Origin: Anaerolineae bacterium
GTDB lineage: Bacteria; Chloroflexota; Anaerolineae; B4-G1; DUEL01
Reading direction: 5' to 3'
Assembly: GCA_034434635.1 (NCBI GenBank)
Contig: DAOTYX010000079.1
Span: 16,212-80,211, forward strand
Length of the DNA: 64,000 nt
Made by a program: the position numbers and the translations under genes. The notes under the pieces are model-generated. The model worked only from the letters and a program-made list of their open reading frames with translations. It searched no databases and had not been told where the DNA came from. Below, piece after piece: positions 54,357 to 64,000 of this stretch. Each line of letters opens with the position of its first letter. The first letter of the stretch is position 1.

Positions 54357-55790
54357 ATGAAGGGGCACCAGAAGTGGGCAGGGATAGTCATCGCGACCCT
54401 CCTGCTTTTGAACGGCGGAGGGTTGCCATCCCCCGCGCGCGCCTTACCGGAGCCACACCTGTGGTACGGCATCAACCTGCGCAACCCCACGCCAACCCAG
54501 CTGAACCTGGTAGCCGGGCTGGGCTTCGGCTGGGTCAGGATGTGGGATGAGTACACCCCCGTGCCAGCGACGAGACTCCCCTACAACGTGCTCTACGTTC
54601 TCTCCTGCGAAGGCTATGTCACCAACCTGCAGGCCTGGGGGGAGCATGTCACAGCGATCGCCCAGGCCGGACAGGGACGAGTCGAGGCCTACGAGATCTG
54701 CAACGAACCCAACGTCACCGGCTTCTGGGAGGGGCGCCCACCCGACCCGGCGCGCTACAGCCAGATGCTGTGCGTCGCCTACCAGCGCATCAAAGCGGCG
54801 GACCCGGCGGCAGCAGTGGTGAGCGCCGGGCTGGCGCCTGTGGGCCGTATCCAGGGCACCTGCAATGGCTGGCCGGGCAACAACTGCGGCGCGATGGACG
54901 AGCGTACCTACGCCCAGGCGATGCTGAACCAGGGAGCCGGTGTGTGCATGGACGCCTTCGCCTACCACCCCTACGGCTTCGCCTATCCACCCGAGCAGGA
55001 CCCTGCCAGCGTCGAGAACGGCTTCGTCTTTCGCGGTCTTGAGGTCATGCACCAGATTCTCGCCGCTGGCGGCCTGGAGGAGACCCCCATCTGGGCCACC
55101 GAGTTCAACTGGCTGCGCGACCCCGCTGAGGATGGCCCGCTGCCGGGCTGGTGTCATCGTATCCCCGATTTCGAGAACTTCTTCGGCTGGATGGACGTCA
55201 GTGCGCAAACGCAGGCAGACTATCTGGTGCGGGCCTTCCAGTACGCCGACGAACACTTTCCATGGCTGCACGGCATGTTCGTGTGGAATCTGGACTGGCA
55301 CAACTACAACTGGCTCTGCGAGGCGAGCCGCTACTTTTCGATACGGCGGTATGACGGGAGCGAGGGCGGGGAAACGACCCCGGCCTACACAGCCCTGGCC
55401 GGCATGGAGCAGCGCCCCGGCCCCTTCGCGCCCCGCCTGAGTGTTGTGCCGGCAACGCTGATGCTGCTGGCCGACATAGACGAGCCCGGCACAGTCCGGG
55501 GAGGGGCAGTGGTGCGGAATGCTGGTTACCGCACGCTGGCCTGGACCGCCGTCGCGGACCCCGACGGCGAGGTGGTGCCCACCCTGCCGGTGACAGGCGG
55601 CGTGCAAGGGGCTGCACTGCCGGTGTGGGTGGACACGACAGGGTTGGCGCTGGGTATCCACAGCGGAGCGATCACCGTCACGGCCACGTCCAGCGATGTG
55701 CTGGGTTCACCGACCCGCCTGACGGTAGAGGTTTCCGTCGTCCCGCAGGTGTGGCGGTGCTACCTGCCGGCCGTCGCCGTGGTGTGGTAG
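54357..55790 (+). CDS. Secreted GH5-like glycoside hydrolase (cellulase superfamily)
   Basis: Signal peptide (WAGIVIATLLLLNGG), catalytic-acid motif ICNEPN, WATEFN nucleophile region and a C-terminal beta-rich domain. An in-frame alternative ATG lies at 54309. Confidence 0.5.
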   Translation: MKGHQKWAGIVIATLLLLNGGGLPSPARALPEPHLWYGINLRNPTPTQLNLVAGLGFGWVRMWDEYTPVPATRLPYNVLYVLSCEGYVTNLQAWGEHVTAIAQAGQGRVEAYEICNEPNVTGFWEGRPPDPARYSQMLCVAYQRIKAADPAAAVVSAGLAPVGRIQGTCNGWPGNNCGAMDERTYAQAMLNQGAGVCMDAFAYHPYGFAYPPEQDPASVENGFVFRGLEVMHQILAAGGLEETPIWATEFNWLRDPAEDGPLPGWCHRIPDFENFFGWMDVSAQTQADYLVRAFQYADEHFPWLHGMFVWNLDWHNYNWLCEASRYFSIRRYDGSEGGETTPAYTALAGMEQRPGPFAPRLSVVPATLMLLADIDEPGTVRGGAVVRNAGYRTLAWTAVADPDGEVVPTLPVTGGVQGAALPVWVDTTGLALGIHSGAITVTATSSDVLGSPTRLTVEVSVVPQVWRCYLPAVAVVW

Positions 55791-55828
55791 GCGGTCATAC
55801 CCCGTGCGGCGGGTGTGCCCCAATTGCA

Positions 55829-55850
55829 GGACAACTGCAAGCAGTTGTCC
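55829..55850. repeat. Family B palindrome GGACAACTGC-aa-GCAGTTGTCC between convergent genes
   Basis: A perfect 10-bp stem. It shares CAGGACAAC…GCAGTTGTCCT with 14720..14741. Confidence 0.45.
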
Positions 55851-56005
55851 TACTTGTCTATGCAGGCGGTCCGCAGGGCGGCTATGTCCGACAAAGGCGA
55901 TGTTGCCCGTGCCTGGGAACTTGTTTTGATCGCAAAAGGTCAAGACCGTGAGGTGAAGCAGGGGAACCTGCCACCCGAGAACGCCCCTTCACCCGCCTCC
56001 GCGCT

Positions 56006-58678
56006 CTACGCCTGGGCGCTCTCCTCAGCGATCGCCTGGAGGATGGCTGGCTTGTTCTCCAGACCAAACGGCGCCTGGTCGCCCGCCAGTTCGTAGCGAT
56101 AGAAGATCACGCCGGTGACCGGTCGCTCCTCGCGGAAGTAGCGCAGGGCTTCATGCACCCAGGCGGCATTGTCAGCGCGCCAACCGGTGGCACCGCCGAT
56201 GGTCGTGAGACACTGCGGGTTCAGTTCAGTCACGAAGGTCGGCAGGGAGCGGAAACGTTCCGGCACGGCCGCCAGGAGCGGCTCGATCGCACGCAGGTGA
56301 AGGTACTGCCAGGTGAGCGGCGGGTCGCTGAACCGCTGCCGGGACCAGACCTCCGCCGGGTCGTTCGTCTGCGTCTTGGCGTGGAAGAAGAGCGCATCGG
56401 CGCCGCTGATGCCCTCTAGCATCGCCACCCACCACTGCCGACAGTCCGAATTCGGGCCAAAATAGGGATCCACCGGCGGGGGCCCCATCCTGGCCCGCCC
56501 GGCCACCCGGCGCCAGATCTCGTTATAGATGGCGACAACGTCATCCGGGGTGAGCGGCGTCTCCTGATGGGTGCCGAAACCGGGCCACTCCTGGCGGTTG
56601 TTGGGCTCATTGCCAATGTGGAAATAGTCCACACCGCGCGCCGAAAGCATGGTGCTGACCACCGCTGCAATGAAGGAGTTCCGTTCCTCACGGCGGGGCA
56701 GGGTCCCTCCCGCTCCCGCGTACCCCCAGTTGAGGCGGCAGATGACTGTGAGGCCGGCCTCCTGCAGGGAGCGGCAATCTATCTGGATCGCCTGACGCTG
56801 CACGGGATAATGGACCAGGCAGCAGCCGGTCACACCGTGGGCCACCATCCACTCCGCACCGCGCCAGTCGTGCAGGCCGACCATCACCTGAGCCGGCGCG
56901 GGATGGGATTTCAGGTGTGCAGCACGGATACCGGCGAAGTCGGCGGGGGACTTCGTCTTGCGCACGCCATCCCACGTGTCAATGATGCGCAACTTGTCCC
57001 CTTCCACGGCCTCCAGGTAGACGAAGTGGCCGCCGTCCGCCCGCCGCAGGATGACCTCCCACCCGTCCTGCAGCAAGCGTCGCAATTCGCGGGCTGAGCG
57101 GCTCCGGTTATCCTTGATGGCGTCGTCAAAGACCGGGAATAGCGGGACCGCCCCCTCCCACGCCATGATGTTGTCATCCACGTAGGCAGCGCGGGCCGCC
57201 ACCAGGAGTTTGTCCAGCAGCGGCGGGGTGATGTCCCGCCCGTAGACCTTGCGCAGGATGATGGCGAAGCCGGTCATGAAACAGCCGTAGCGGCCGATCG
57301 TCTCGTCCCCCGCATCGGGGTCCTCACCGAAGTCGTAGTGTGCCCAGCGGCGGTCGCTCTGCGCCATGGCGATGTCGCCGTTCAATTCGGGAGCCAGGAG
57401 GACCGCCATCTCCCAGGGGCTCTCCGTCTCGACCACCCGACACGGAGCAGCCGGGGCGTGACGCTGCAACCAGGACTCCAACCCCTCCTCCCACTTCGCC
57501 GGGTTGACCGCGACGACCCGGCACCCCTGCAGCCGGAAACGGCTGCTGTCAGAGGGATGGGCCACAACGGCCTGCAGGTCCACGCTGCCGATCGCCGCTG
57601 CGGTGCGCCACTCCATCCGCTCGACCAGGTCCTCGAAGCAGGGCAACAACACCACTGTTGGACCGTCCACATTCTCCTCCACTCCATCGGTTGGGGAGAC
57701 TGAAGGGGTTTCCTCCTCCGCCACGTCGGTTGAGGGGACAGCGGGGGCAGCAGCCCCCGTCGCGCCCAGGACGGCATCGTTGAGCAACACGACTTTATCC
57801 GGCGCGTCGGCTCGACCCGACCGCGCGGGCAACACCGCCACCTCACGCGGCCACTGCAACAGCAACGCCGGATCGGCGAAACTGTCGCCGACCTTGACAT
57901 CCAGGTGCAGGTGGTCCGTCTCCCGCAGGCCGGTGTCGCCTGGACGCCCCAGCTTCTGGCCGACCGTCACCCTCTGCCCGACCGTCACGTAGATGCCGGC
58001 CGGTCCGCTGAGGTGGCCATAGCGAATCAGGACCTGACGCCCGTCGCTCACCGTCGTCTGCACGCGCACGCGATAGCCCAAGCCTCCCTGGCTGCTGCCC
58101 GCGCCCGCCTCGACGACAACCCCTTCGGTGACCGACAGCACTTCATCCCCCCACACCGCCCACGAAGCGAGCAGGTCGAGACCGCAATGATGGGTCGCGC
58201 TCTGGGGCCGCCAGTTCCCGAAGGGCTCGACCATCTGTTGCGTCGGATGGGTGGTGGGGCAGGGAAGCGTCAGGCCAGTTTCCTTCAGGCTGTAGGCCAG
58301 CAACCGACCGGCGAGCTGATAGTCATTCTCCCAGTCGAGCGGCCAGTACTGGACGCCGGGATAGAACTGGGCGAAGAACCCAGCCAGGTCTTCCGGCTGC
58401 CCGGCCGGCGACCAGTCTTGAGGACGCAGGGCGATCACGCGGCGGACATCGAGCCGGCCGATGCCGGCATCGTCCGCGCTGCCGCCGATCGTCCACCGTT
58501 CCCCCACCGGCAACAGGCGCAGGAGACGGCGCATGAAGGCGGTATCCGCCGTAGGAGGTACCAGGACATAGGTACGCTCATACTGCTCGCGCGGCTCCCC
58601 TTCACTGACCAGGAACCTGAGCGGCCGGCTCGCTGGCGCGGTCAGTAGCCGTTTGTCTGTATCTGCGAGGGAGGACAT
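56006..58678 (-). CDS. Large multidomain protein: M23 peptidase domain plus C-terminal GH5-like (IGNEPN) glycoside-hydrolase-like domain
   Basis: M23 motifs HHCGLDLLAS…GDTGLRETDHLHLDV sit in the N-terminal third. The C-terminal ~350 aa has HIGNEPN and TELNPQ reminiscent of GH5 catalytic residues. No obvious signal peptide. Confidence 0.5.
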   Translation of the reverse strand: MSSLADTDKRLLTAPASRPLRFLVSEGEPREQYERTYVLVPPTADTAFMRRLLRLLPVGERWTIGGSADDAGIGRLDVRRVIALRPQDWSPAGQPEDLAGFFAQFYPGVQYWPLDWENDYQLAGRLLAYSLKETGLTLPCPTTHPTQQMVEPFGNWRPQSATHHCGLDLLASWAVWGDEVLSVTEGVVVEAGAGSSQGGLGYRVRVQTTVSDGRQVLIRYGHLSGPAGIYVTVGQRVTVGQKLGRPGDTGLRETDHLHLDVKVGDSFADPALLLQWPREVAVLPARSGRADAPDKVVLLNDAVLGATGAAAPAVPSTDVAEEETPSVSPTDGVEENVDGPTVVLLPCFEDLVERMEWRTAAAIGSVDLQAVVAHPSDSSRFRLQGCRVVAVNPAKWEEGLESWLQRHAPAAPCRVVETESPWEMAVLLAPELNGDIAMAQSDRRWAHYDFGEDPDAGDETIGRYGCFMTGFAIILRKVYGRDITPPLLDKLLVAARAAYVDDNIMAWEGAVPLFPVFDDAIKDNRSRSARELRRLLQDGWEVILRRADGGHFVYLEAVEGDKLRIIDTWDGVRKTKSPADFAGIRAAHLKSHPAPAQVMVGLHDWRGAEWMVAHGVTGCCLVHYPVQRQAIQIDCRSLQEAGLTVICRLNWGYAGAGGTLPRREERNSFIAAVVSTMLSARGVDYFHIGNEPNNRQEWPGFGTHQETPLTPDDVVAIYNEIWRRVAGRARMGPPPVDPYFGPNSDCRQWWVAMLEGISGADALFFHAKTQTNDPAEVWSRQRFSDPPLTWQYLHLRAIEPLLAAVPERFRSLPTFVTELNPQCLTTIGGATGWRADNAAWVHEALRYFREERPVTGVIFYRYELAGDQAPFGLENKPAILQAIAEESAQA

Positions 58679-58716
58679 GGGCTGTTTCGCTTCCGCAACG
58701 CCTCTCAGGCTATGGC

Positions 58717-58971
58717 CTAGCGGGAAGAGGTGATCTTCACGACCTCACCCTCCGGACTGATCGTCACTCGCACCACCCGCCGCATGCTCCCGCCGTCCGG
58801 CAGAGGCATTTCTTTCTGGAAGGTCACCACCGCAGGCCCCTGTCCGTGAGCGCCCGTCCCTTCGGGCAGAGAGAAAGAGGACAGGCACGGCTCAGCGTCG
58901 GCCATCTCCGGGAAACTCTCCCGCACCGCCTGGCGGGCTACGGCCAGCCAGTTCGCCTCCTGGTCACTCAA
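58717..58971 (-). CDS. Hypothetical small protein downstream of ftsZ
   Basis: An 84-aa ORF with a TTG start overlapping the ftsZ stop and non-repetitive composition. The call is weak. Confidence 0.3.
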   Translation of the reverse strand: MSDQEANWLAVARQAVRESFPEMADAEPCLSSFSLPEGTGAHGQGPAVVTFQKEMPLPDGGSMRRVVRVTISPEGEVVKITSSR

Positions 58972-60040
58972 CTTTCACCTCCTCGAGATGGATCACCCGT
59001 CTGGGTCGGCGCATGAAGGCCGGCACGGAGAGATCATCCGGAGCCACCTCCACTGCCAGCGGCGACGGCTCCGGCTTGGGGATGACGGGCCGCGCCTCTC
59101 TCCCCAACCCGCTGGCGATCAGGGTGATCTCCACCCGCCCGGACATCCGGGGGTCCACTACCGCACCGAAGAAGACTTCGGACTCCTGCACAGCGGCCTG
59201 GCGGATCATCTCCATCGCCTGGTTGACATCCGTCAGGGTGAGGTCATCGCCGCCGGTGATGTTGACCAGAACCCGCTCCATGCCAGAGATCATTTCGGCG
59301 TTGAGCAGGGGGTTCTGCAAGGCCATGTGGGCTGCCTCGACGGCCTTGTGTTCACCCTCGCCGTAGCCGATGGAGACGTAGACCTGGCCGGCGTCCTGCA
59401 TGATCGCGCGGATGTCGGCGAAATCGAGGTTGATCAGGCCGGGCCGGGTAGCCAGATCGGCGATCCCCTGCACCGCCTGGCGCAACACCTCATCCGCGAT
59501 GCGGAAGGCCACCTCGAGGGAGACGCGCTGGTTGACCAGGTCAATCAAGCGGTCGTTAGGCACGACGAGCAGGGCGTCCACCTCCTCCCTGAGCCGGACG
59601 ATGCCCTCCTCGGCGACCGCCTGGCGTCGCCGCCCCTCGAAGGAGAAGGGGCGCGTGACGATGGCGATGGTCAACGCGTGCTCCGCCCGGGCGACCTGGG
59701 CCACGATCGGCGCTGCGCCCGTGCCCGTGCCGCCACCCATCCCCGCCGTGATGAACACCATGTCCGCCCCATGCAGGGCCCGGGCAATGGCCGTCCGGCT
59801 TTCCTGTGCCGCCTCCGCGCCGACGTCGGGGTTCCCTCCGGCCCCCAACGCGCGGGTACGTCCCTCCAGGTAGATCTTGACCGGCGCCTCGCTGCGCGCC
59901 AACGCCTGCAGGTCGGTGTTGGCGACGACAAAATCCACACCAGGGATGCCGATCTGGATCATGCGGTCCACCGCGTTGCTGCCGGCTCCGCCGACACCGA
60001 TGACCACGATCTTCGCGCCTCTCCATTCGTTGGCAGTCAT
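58964..60040 (-). CDS. ftsZ: Cell division protein FtsZ
   Basis: [24 protein letters not shown] tubulin signature and NTDLQAL. 358 aa. Confidence 0.92.
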   Translation of the reverse strand: MTANEWRGAKIVVIGVGGAGSNAVDRMIQIGIPGVDFVVANTDLQALARSEAPVKIYLEGRTRALGAGGNPDVGAEAAQESRTAIARALHGADMVFITAGMGGGTGTGAAPIVAQVARAEHALTIAIVTRPFSFEGRRRQAVAEEGIVRLREEVDALLVVPNDRLIDLVNQRVSLEVAFRIADEVLRQAVQGIADLATRPGLINLDFADIRAIMQDAGQVYVSIGYGEGEHKAVEAAHMALQNPLLNAEMISGMERVLVNITGGDDLTLTDVNQAMEMIRQAAVQESEVFFGAVVDPRMSGRVEITLIASGLGREARPVIPKPEPSPLAVEVAPDDLSVPAFMRRPRRVIHLEEVKVE

Positions 60041-60057
60041 GTTGACGTTCTCCTTCT

Positions 60058-60495
60058 CTAGACCCCGACAGTCTGGCTTAGCCGCTCCGCGATCCCCTCC
60101 ACTTCCGCGACGATCTGGGCCGTGACCTGCTCCCAGCGTTCAGGGTTCCACAGTTCGAGATGATCGGACAGGCCGACGATCACCACCTCATTCTCGATGC
60201 CGGCGTACTGCCGCAGTTCAGCCGGCAGGGGAATGCGGCCGCGCGCATCGGGGAGACACGAGACAGCCGCGGAGAAGATCAGGCGGGCGAAGGCGCGCCC
60301 ATCACGGTTGGTGAGGGGCAGATGCGCCTGTACCTTCTCCGCCAGCCGGCGAAACTCCCCGGCAGGCAGAACCCAGAGGCAGGGCTCGATACCCCGCGTC
60401 AGGACCACGCCGCCGGACAACTCGGGGCGGAACGCGGGGGGCAGGCTTAGCCAACCACTGCGGTCGGTCTTCTGACGAACCTCGCCCAGCAGCAT
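60058..60495 (-). CDS. mraZ: Transcriptional regulator MraZ
   Basis: 145 aa with two DxxxR-type SpoVT/AbrB-like half-domains (…DRSGWLSLP…, …DARGRIPLPAELRQYAGI…VVIVGLSDHLELWNPERW). Confidence 0.8.
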   Translation of the reverse strand: MLLGEVRQKTDRSGWLSLPPAFRPELSGGVVLTRGIEPCLWVLPAGEFRRLAEKVQAHLPLTNRDGRAFARLIFSAAVSCLPDARGRIPLPAELRQYAGIENEVVIVGLSDHLELWNPERWEQVTAQIVAEVEGIAERLSQTVGV

Positions 60496-60503
60496 ACGTT
60501 CCC

Positions 60504-62177
60504 CTATTTGGACACCGCCATCTTCAGGATGCGGCCTCGCTCATCCACGGTGACCTTGACCGATTGGCGGTGTGCGCCGTCCCCCTGCACCGGGATCTCC
60601 TTCTCCAGTGTGACGATCCACTTGCCGTTGCGCGACCCGTTCCCCTTGGCCGCTGGATGGGCCAGGGCGCAGCGGTGGCCGCAGTCTCCGTTGCACAGCC
60701 TGGCCGGCAGGGTGTGCACCTGGGCCTGGGCCATATGCGGCAGGCTGTCTTCGATACGCTCCCTGACAGCAGCGACCAACCCCTCCGGGGCAGGGTGACA
60801 CTCCCTCCCGGCCCCTCTTTGGCAGATGACAGGAGCGCTGACGGCCTTGCCCACGCCCAGGCCCGCGCCGTTGCCTGACGGCGCGGCGCCTCCCAGGGAG
60901 GGGTCGCCGTAGAGCACAAAACTGAGCAGCGTCTTCTGGTCCTCGCCGTCCAGATACCCCTGTCGCTCCTGCATCTCCTGCGCCATCCTGGCCCTGGCAT
61001 AGACCAGCGCGTCCCCCACCGGCATCTGCTGCTGGAGGGCCTCCCAGAAGTGACGCGCGACCAGGTCGGCGCCGACCAGCGGTGGGGTGATCGCCCCATA
61101 GGCAATGCGGGTGGACCCAACCACGGCCAGCGCCCGGGAGGCCAGGAGGCGAAGGGCGATAGAGGTGGCGCTGTCCTTACCCAACACGTTGGCCCCGTAG
61201 CAGGCCTCGCTGAAGACGATGGTGTTGGCCTGGTCCACAGCGACTATGTCCTCCGGACGCAGGGCTACCGGGAAGAGCGGATAATCCGCCGGGAAGAGGG
61301 AGTCCCGCTGACCATACCAGTTAGGGCCATCCTCCACCCCGTGGAGGTTGAAGTAACTGAGGTGAGGCAGTTCCGTGCGCCCGAACTGCTCATAGGTGAC
61401 GGGCGGCGAGATGCGCAGAGGCCCTTTCTGACCGATCGCCTGGAACACAGCGCGGGAGGCCTTTCGCCAGATGCTGGCGGAGTAGCCCAGGCCGTCATCG
61501 TCAGGTGTGGATGGCCTGCTGGTGCGGAAACAGGCGAAGAGCGCACTCAGCGCCCCCTTCCCGCTGGTCGGCCGGCGGTGTCCCTCGACGGCGGTATCAA
61601 TCAGGGCACAGAGGAAGCCTACCCCATCCCTTTCACTGTCAGGAAGCCGCCCCACGGCCCGGTCAGGGAGCAAGACATCGGCCTGCCGGGCACCATACGG
61701 ATTGTCGGAGAGCACCTGGGTATCGGGGTCGTCAATGGGGTTGGGCAGACGATGGAAGGGGACAATCCCGTCTCCGCCCACAATCAGCAGGTACCGAATG
61801 CGCCGCCCTTCCCCTTCCATCTGTGCATCCAGATCGTCCACCAGCCCTTTGACGAGGCCGGGGTCAGCAGCGACGACGGGCCGCAGCCCATAGGGAGCCA
61901 GGGGATCGGGATCGTCGGCATAGAGGAGGAGCGTCTCCAACCTCAGGTGACCCTCGATCGCCCGCTTGAGCGTGGTCAGGGCCTGGTGAACCTGCGCGAA
62001 GCCCTCCTGGCCGTATCGGCGGATCAGGCCGCTACGGTTCGAGAGGATCAGATAGACCGGTCGGGCGACGTTCCCCTTGGGATGGTACAACTGCGAGCCG
62101 GTCGCCACGGCAAGCAGTTCCGCCTCCCAATCGTCGCTTCCCCGCGGGAGCCTGGCAGACTGAACGGGTTCGGCCAT
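60504..62177 (-). CDS. Hypothetical protein with possible clan CD (caspase/gingipain-like) cysteine peptidase core
   Basis: A candidate His-Gly…Ala-Cys dyad (FNLHGVEDGPNWYG … TIVFSEACYGANVLG). The start is chosen at MAEPVQ (AAGGAGG RBS) to avoid a 55-nt overlap with the upstream TPR gene. The fold assignment is tentative. Confidence 0.4.
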   Translation of the reverse strand: MAEPVQSARLPRGSDDWEAELLAVATGSQLYHPKGNVARPVYLILSNRSGLIRRYGQEGFAQVHQALTTLKRAIEGHLRLETLLLYADDPDPLAPYGLRPVVAADPGLVKGLVDDLDAQMEGEGRRIRYLLIVGGDGIVPFHRLPNPIDDPDTQVLSDNPYGARQADVLLPDRAVGRLPDSERDGVGFLCALIDTAVEGHRRPTSGKGALSALFACFRTSRPSTPDDDGLGYSASIWRKASRAVFQAIGQKGPLRISPPVTYEQFGRTELPHLSYFNLHGVEDGPNWYGQRDSLFPADYPLFPVALRPEDIVAVDQANTIVFSEACYGANVLGKDSATSIALRLLASRALAVVGSTRIAYGAITPPLVGADLVARHFWEALQQQMPVGDALVYARARMAQEMQERQGYLDGEDQKTLLSFVLYGDPSLGGAAPSGNGAGLGVGKAVSAPVICQRGAGRECHPAPEGLVAAVRERIEDSLPHMAQAQVHTLPARLCNGDCGHRCALAHPAAKGNGSRNGKWIVTLEKEIPVQGDGAHRQSVKVTVDERGRILKMAVSK

Positions 62178-62197
62178 CGGGCTGCTCGACCTCCTTG

Positions 62198-64000
62198 TCA
62201 GTTGTTGCGGCGCGGCTGGCGCAGGAAGGAGACCGCGCTCAAAGCGGCCCATTGCTTGTAGGCGCTGGCGTAGTCGGGTTGGAGCTGAACCGCTTTGCGG
62301 AACATTGCCGCTCCCTCGGCGTATCGCTTGAGTTCTTTGTAGGCCGTCCCGGCGTTGTAGCAGTATTCCGCCGTCTCCGGCTCTCTTCTGACTGCCTCCA
62401 GGTAAGCCCGGAGGGCCTCCTCGTGTCGTCCCTGCGCGGTGAAGCAGCGGCCCAGTTCGTCATAGGCCGCCGCGCTATCGGGGCACATCTGCACCATCCT
62501 CTCGAAGTGCGCGATGGCCTCGTCCACATGCCCTATCTGCCGACAGAGCCGACCGATGCGGCCGTGGTGGGCGGGGTCGTCTGGCGCGATGAGGCTGGCC
62601 TGCTCATAGACCTGCAGAGCCTCGTCGTACCGCTCATGCTCCTCGTAGATGTTGCCCAGTTGGACATAGGCCTCCACCATCCCCGGCTGGAGTTCGATGG
62701 CCCGCTCCAGGTGTTCGATGGCCTCGTCTGGAGCGGCCATGGCATGACAAACCAGCCCCATCTTGAGGTGGAAGACAGCGTTTCCCGGCTCCAGCGTCGC
62801 CGCGCGACGGTACGCCTCCAGGGCCTCTGCCCAGTGATGACCCTGCTCGTACAGGCTGCCGAGGTGTTCGTAGAGAGAAGCGTCCTCGCCTCGGAGGGCG
62901 ACGGCTTCGGCGAAGCGCGCCGATGCCTCTTTGAGGTTTCCCAGCGCAAGTAACGCGTGGCCGAGGTCGAGGAGATAGGCAGGCTCGCCAGGGCAGAGGT
63001 CAGCAGCACGTCGGTAGTTGTCCAGCGCCCGCTGATAATCGGCCTGGCGGGCATAGGCGTGACCCAACTCGGCCAGCCAGCGGTCGTTATCGGGCTGTAG
63101 TTCCACCGCCTTCTCCAGGAAGAGCGCCGCCTGACCGTCCACGCCCATCCTGGCATAGACAGAGGCCACGTTGTAGAGGTACTCGGCCTCGGTGGGGGAG
63201 AGTTCCGCAGCGCGCAGGAAGTGCTCCAGGGCAACGTGATCCCGCCCCTGCGCCACGTAGACCTCCCCCAGGCGGTTGTGCCAGGAAGGCACACCCGGTT
63301 GCAGCCGCACCGCCCGGTCCAGGGCGGCCACCGCTTCGTGGAGTTGCCCCTGTTGGCTGCGCGCCACACCGAGCGCGTAGTGGTACAGCGGCTCGGCAGG
63401 GTTCAGCCGCACGGCCTGTTCCCAGGCCGCGATGGCCTCTTCCATCGCACCGCTCTGCTCGAGACTGAGGGCCAGTTCGTGATAGGTCTCCGCGCAACCC
63501 GGCGCCAGGGCCGCTGCGGCCTTTAGAGCCTCGACGCTGGCGACAATCTCCCCGGCCAGACGGCAGGCTGTCCCCAGCGCGTGGTGGTACACCGCCTGAT
63601 CGGCCATAGCGGCAGCGCCGCGAATCTGGGCGACCCCCTCGACAGGGTGTCCGCTGAGGGCGAGGAGACGACCGAGTTCCACCTGCGCCTCGGGCGAATC
63701 CCCGCCCACCGCCATCGCCTGACGTACGGCGGCGATGGCCGCCTCGTAGTCCTGACGGGAGGGGAGCGGGGCGGGGATGTCCGCCAGCCTCAGGGCCAGC
63801 GCCCGCGCGCCGATCTCACGCCAGAGAGCGGCCAGGCCCAGGTGGTAGCGGGATTCGTGAGGGCGCAGGCGGATGGCCTGCTCGATCTCCTGACGGGCCT
63901 CACCATAGCGATGGGCGGCCTGCAGGGTCTGGCCCAACTCCCAGTGTGTCTCTGCTTCCTCAGGAGCCAGCGCGACGGCATGGGCCAGAGACTCCAGGGC
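62198..64000 (-). CDS. TPR-repeat protein; partial: the N-terminus extends beyond the window end.
   Basis: Continuous 34-aa TPR units (…AEAYVQLGNIYEEHERYDEALQVYEQA…). The reading frame stays open to position 64000. Confidence 0.7.
   Translation of the reverse strand, partial: ALESLAHAVALAPEEAETHWELGQTLQAAHRYGEARQEIEQAIRLRPHESRYHLGLAALWREIGARALALRLADIPAPLPSRQDYEAAIAAVRQAMAVGGDSPEAQVELGRLLALSGHPVEGVAQIRGAAAMADQAVYHHALGTACRLAGEIVASVEALKAAAALAPGCAETYHELALSLEQSGAMEEAIAAWEQAVRLNPAEPLYHYALGVARSQQGQLHEAVAALDRAVRLQPGVPSWHNRLGEVYVAQGRDHVALEHFLRAAELSPTEAEYLYNVASVYARMGVDGQAALFLEKAVELQPDNDRWLAELGHAYARQADYQRALDNYRRAADLCPGEPAYLLDLGHALLALGNLKEASARFAEAVALRGEDASLYEHLGSLYEQGHHWAEALEAYRRAATLEPGNAVFHLKMGLVCHAMAAPDEAIEHLERAIELQPGMVEAYVQLGNIYEEHERYDEALQVYEQASLIAPDDPAHHGRIGRLCRQIGHVDEAIAHFERMVQMCPDSAAAYDELGRCFTAQGRHEEALRAYLEAVRREPETAEYCYNAGTAYKELKRYAEGAAMFRKAVQLQPDYASAYKQWAALSAVSFLRQPRRNN

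Overview
This is a high-GC (roughly two-thirds G+C) bacterial chromosomal window with dense genes on both strands and no recognisable mobile element or CRISPR array. The lineage guess, a Chloroflexota-like organism, rests only on gene content and repeat style. Most genes are housekeeping or envelope functions: a partial GTPase, a DeoR regulator, two MFS transporters, two PIG-L deacetylases, an MBL hydrolase, secreted beta-helix, lipoprotein and glycoside-hydrolase proteins, a sortase, ScpA, ribosomal protein L19, M23/LysM and M48 peptidases, a nitroreductase–amidohydrolase pair and two complete polar-amino-acid ABC operons. They also include two tandem tRNA-Ala genes, a GDPD–DAGK–spermidine-synthase-like–FemAB-like operon, a PHP hydrolase, ltaE, a nuoB–nuoCD–nuoI cluster, PSP1, a GH1 beta-glucosidase, an ABC peptide-binding protein, and a TPR–cysteine-protease-like–mraZ–ftsZ operon. 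The most interesting features are listed below.
- A TlpA/ResA-like thioredoxin gene carries an in-frame TGA exactly at the first cysteine of its CxxC motif, with a hairpin 17 nt downstream, so it is a candidate UxxC selenoprotein. It is translationally coupled to a glycyl-radical-activase-like radical SAM gene and a secreted Zn-peptidase.
- There is an isolated LysW-like zinc-ribbon gene with a long acidic tail.
- One gene fuses a CPBP intramembrane protease to a NUDIX hydrolase.
- The complex I genes present are only the Q-module (NuoB, fused NuoCD, NuoI).
- A Ser/Thr kinase carries an extracellular BNR-repeat domain.
- There are at least four families of small dispersed palindromic repeats, several serving as shared terminator hairpins and one embedding the stop codon of two unrelated genes.
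- A 135-bp heptad-repeat palindrome and a promoter-driven tandem-duplicated structured region stand out among the intergenic sequences.
- Several sigma70-like promoters match TTGACA–16/17 nt–TA(G/C/A)A(A/G)T, two of them positioned to give leaderless mRNAs.
None of these was checked by database search or computation; all calls come from reading the sequence and ORF translations.
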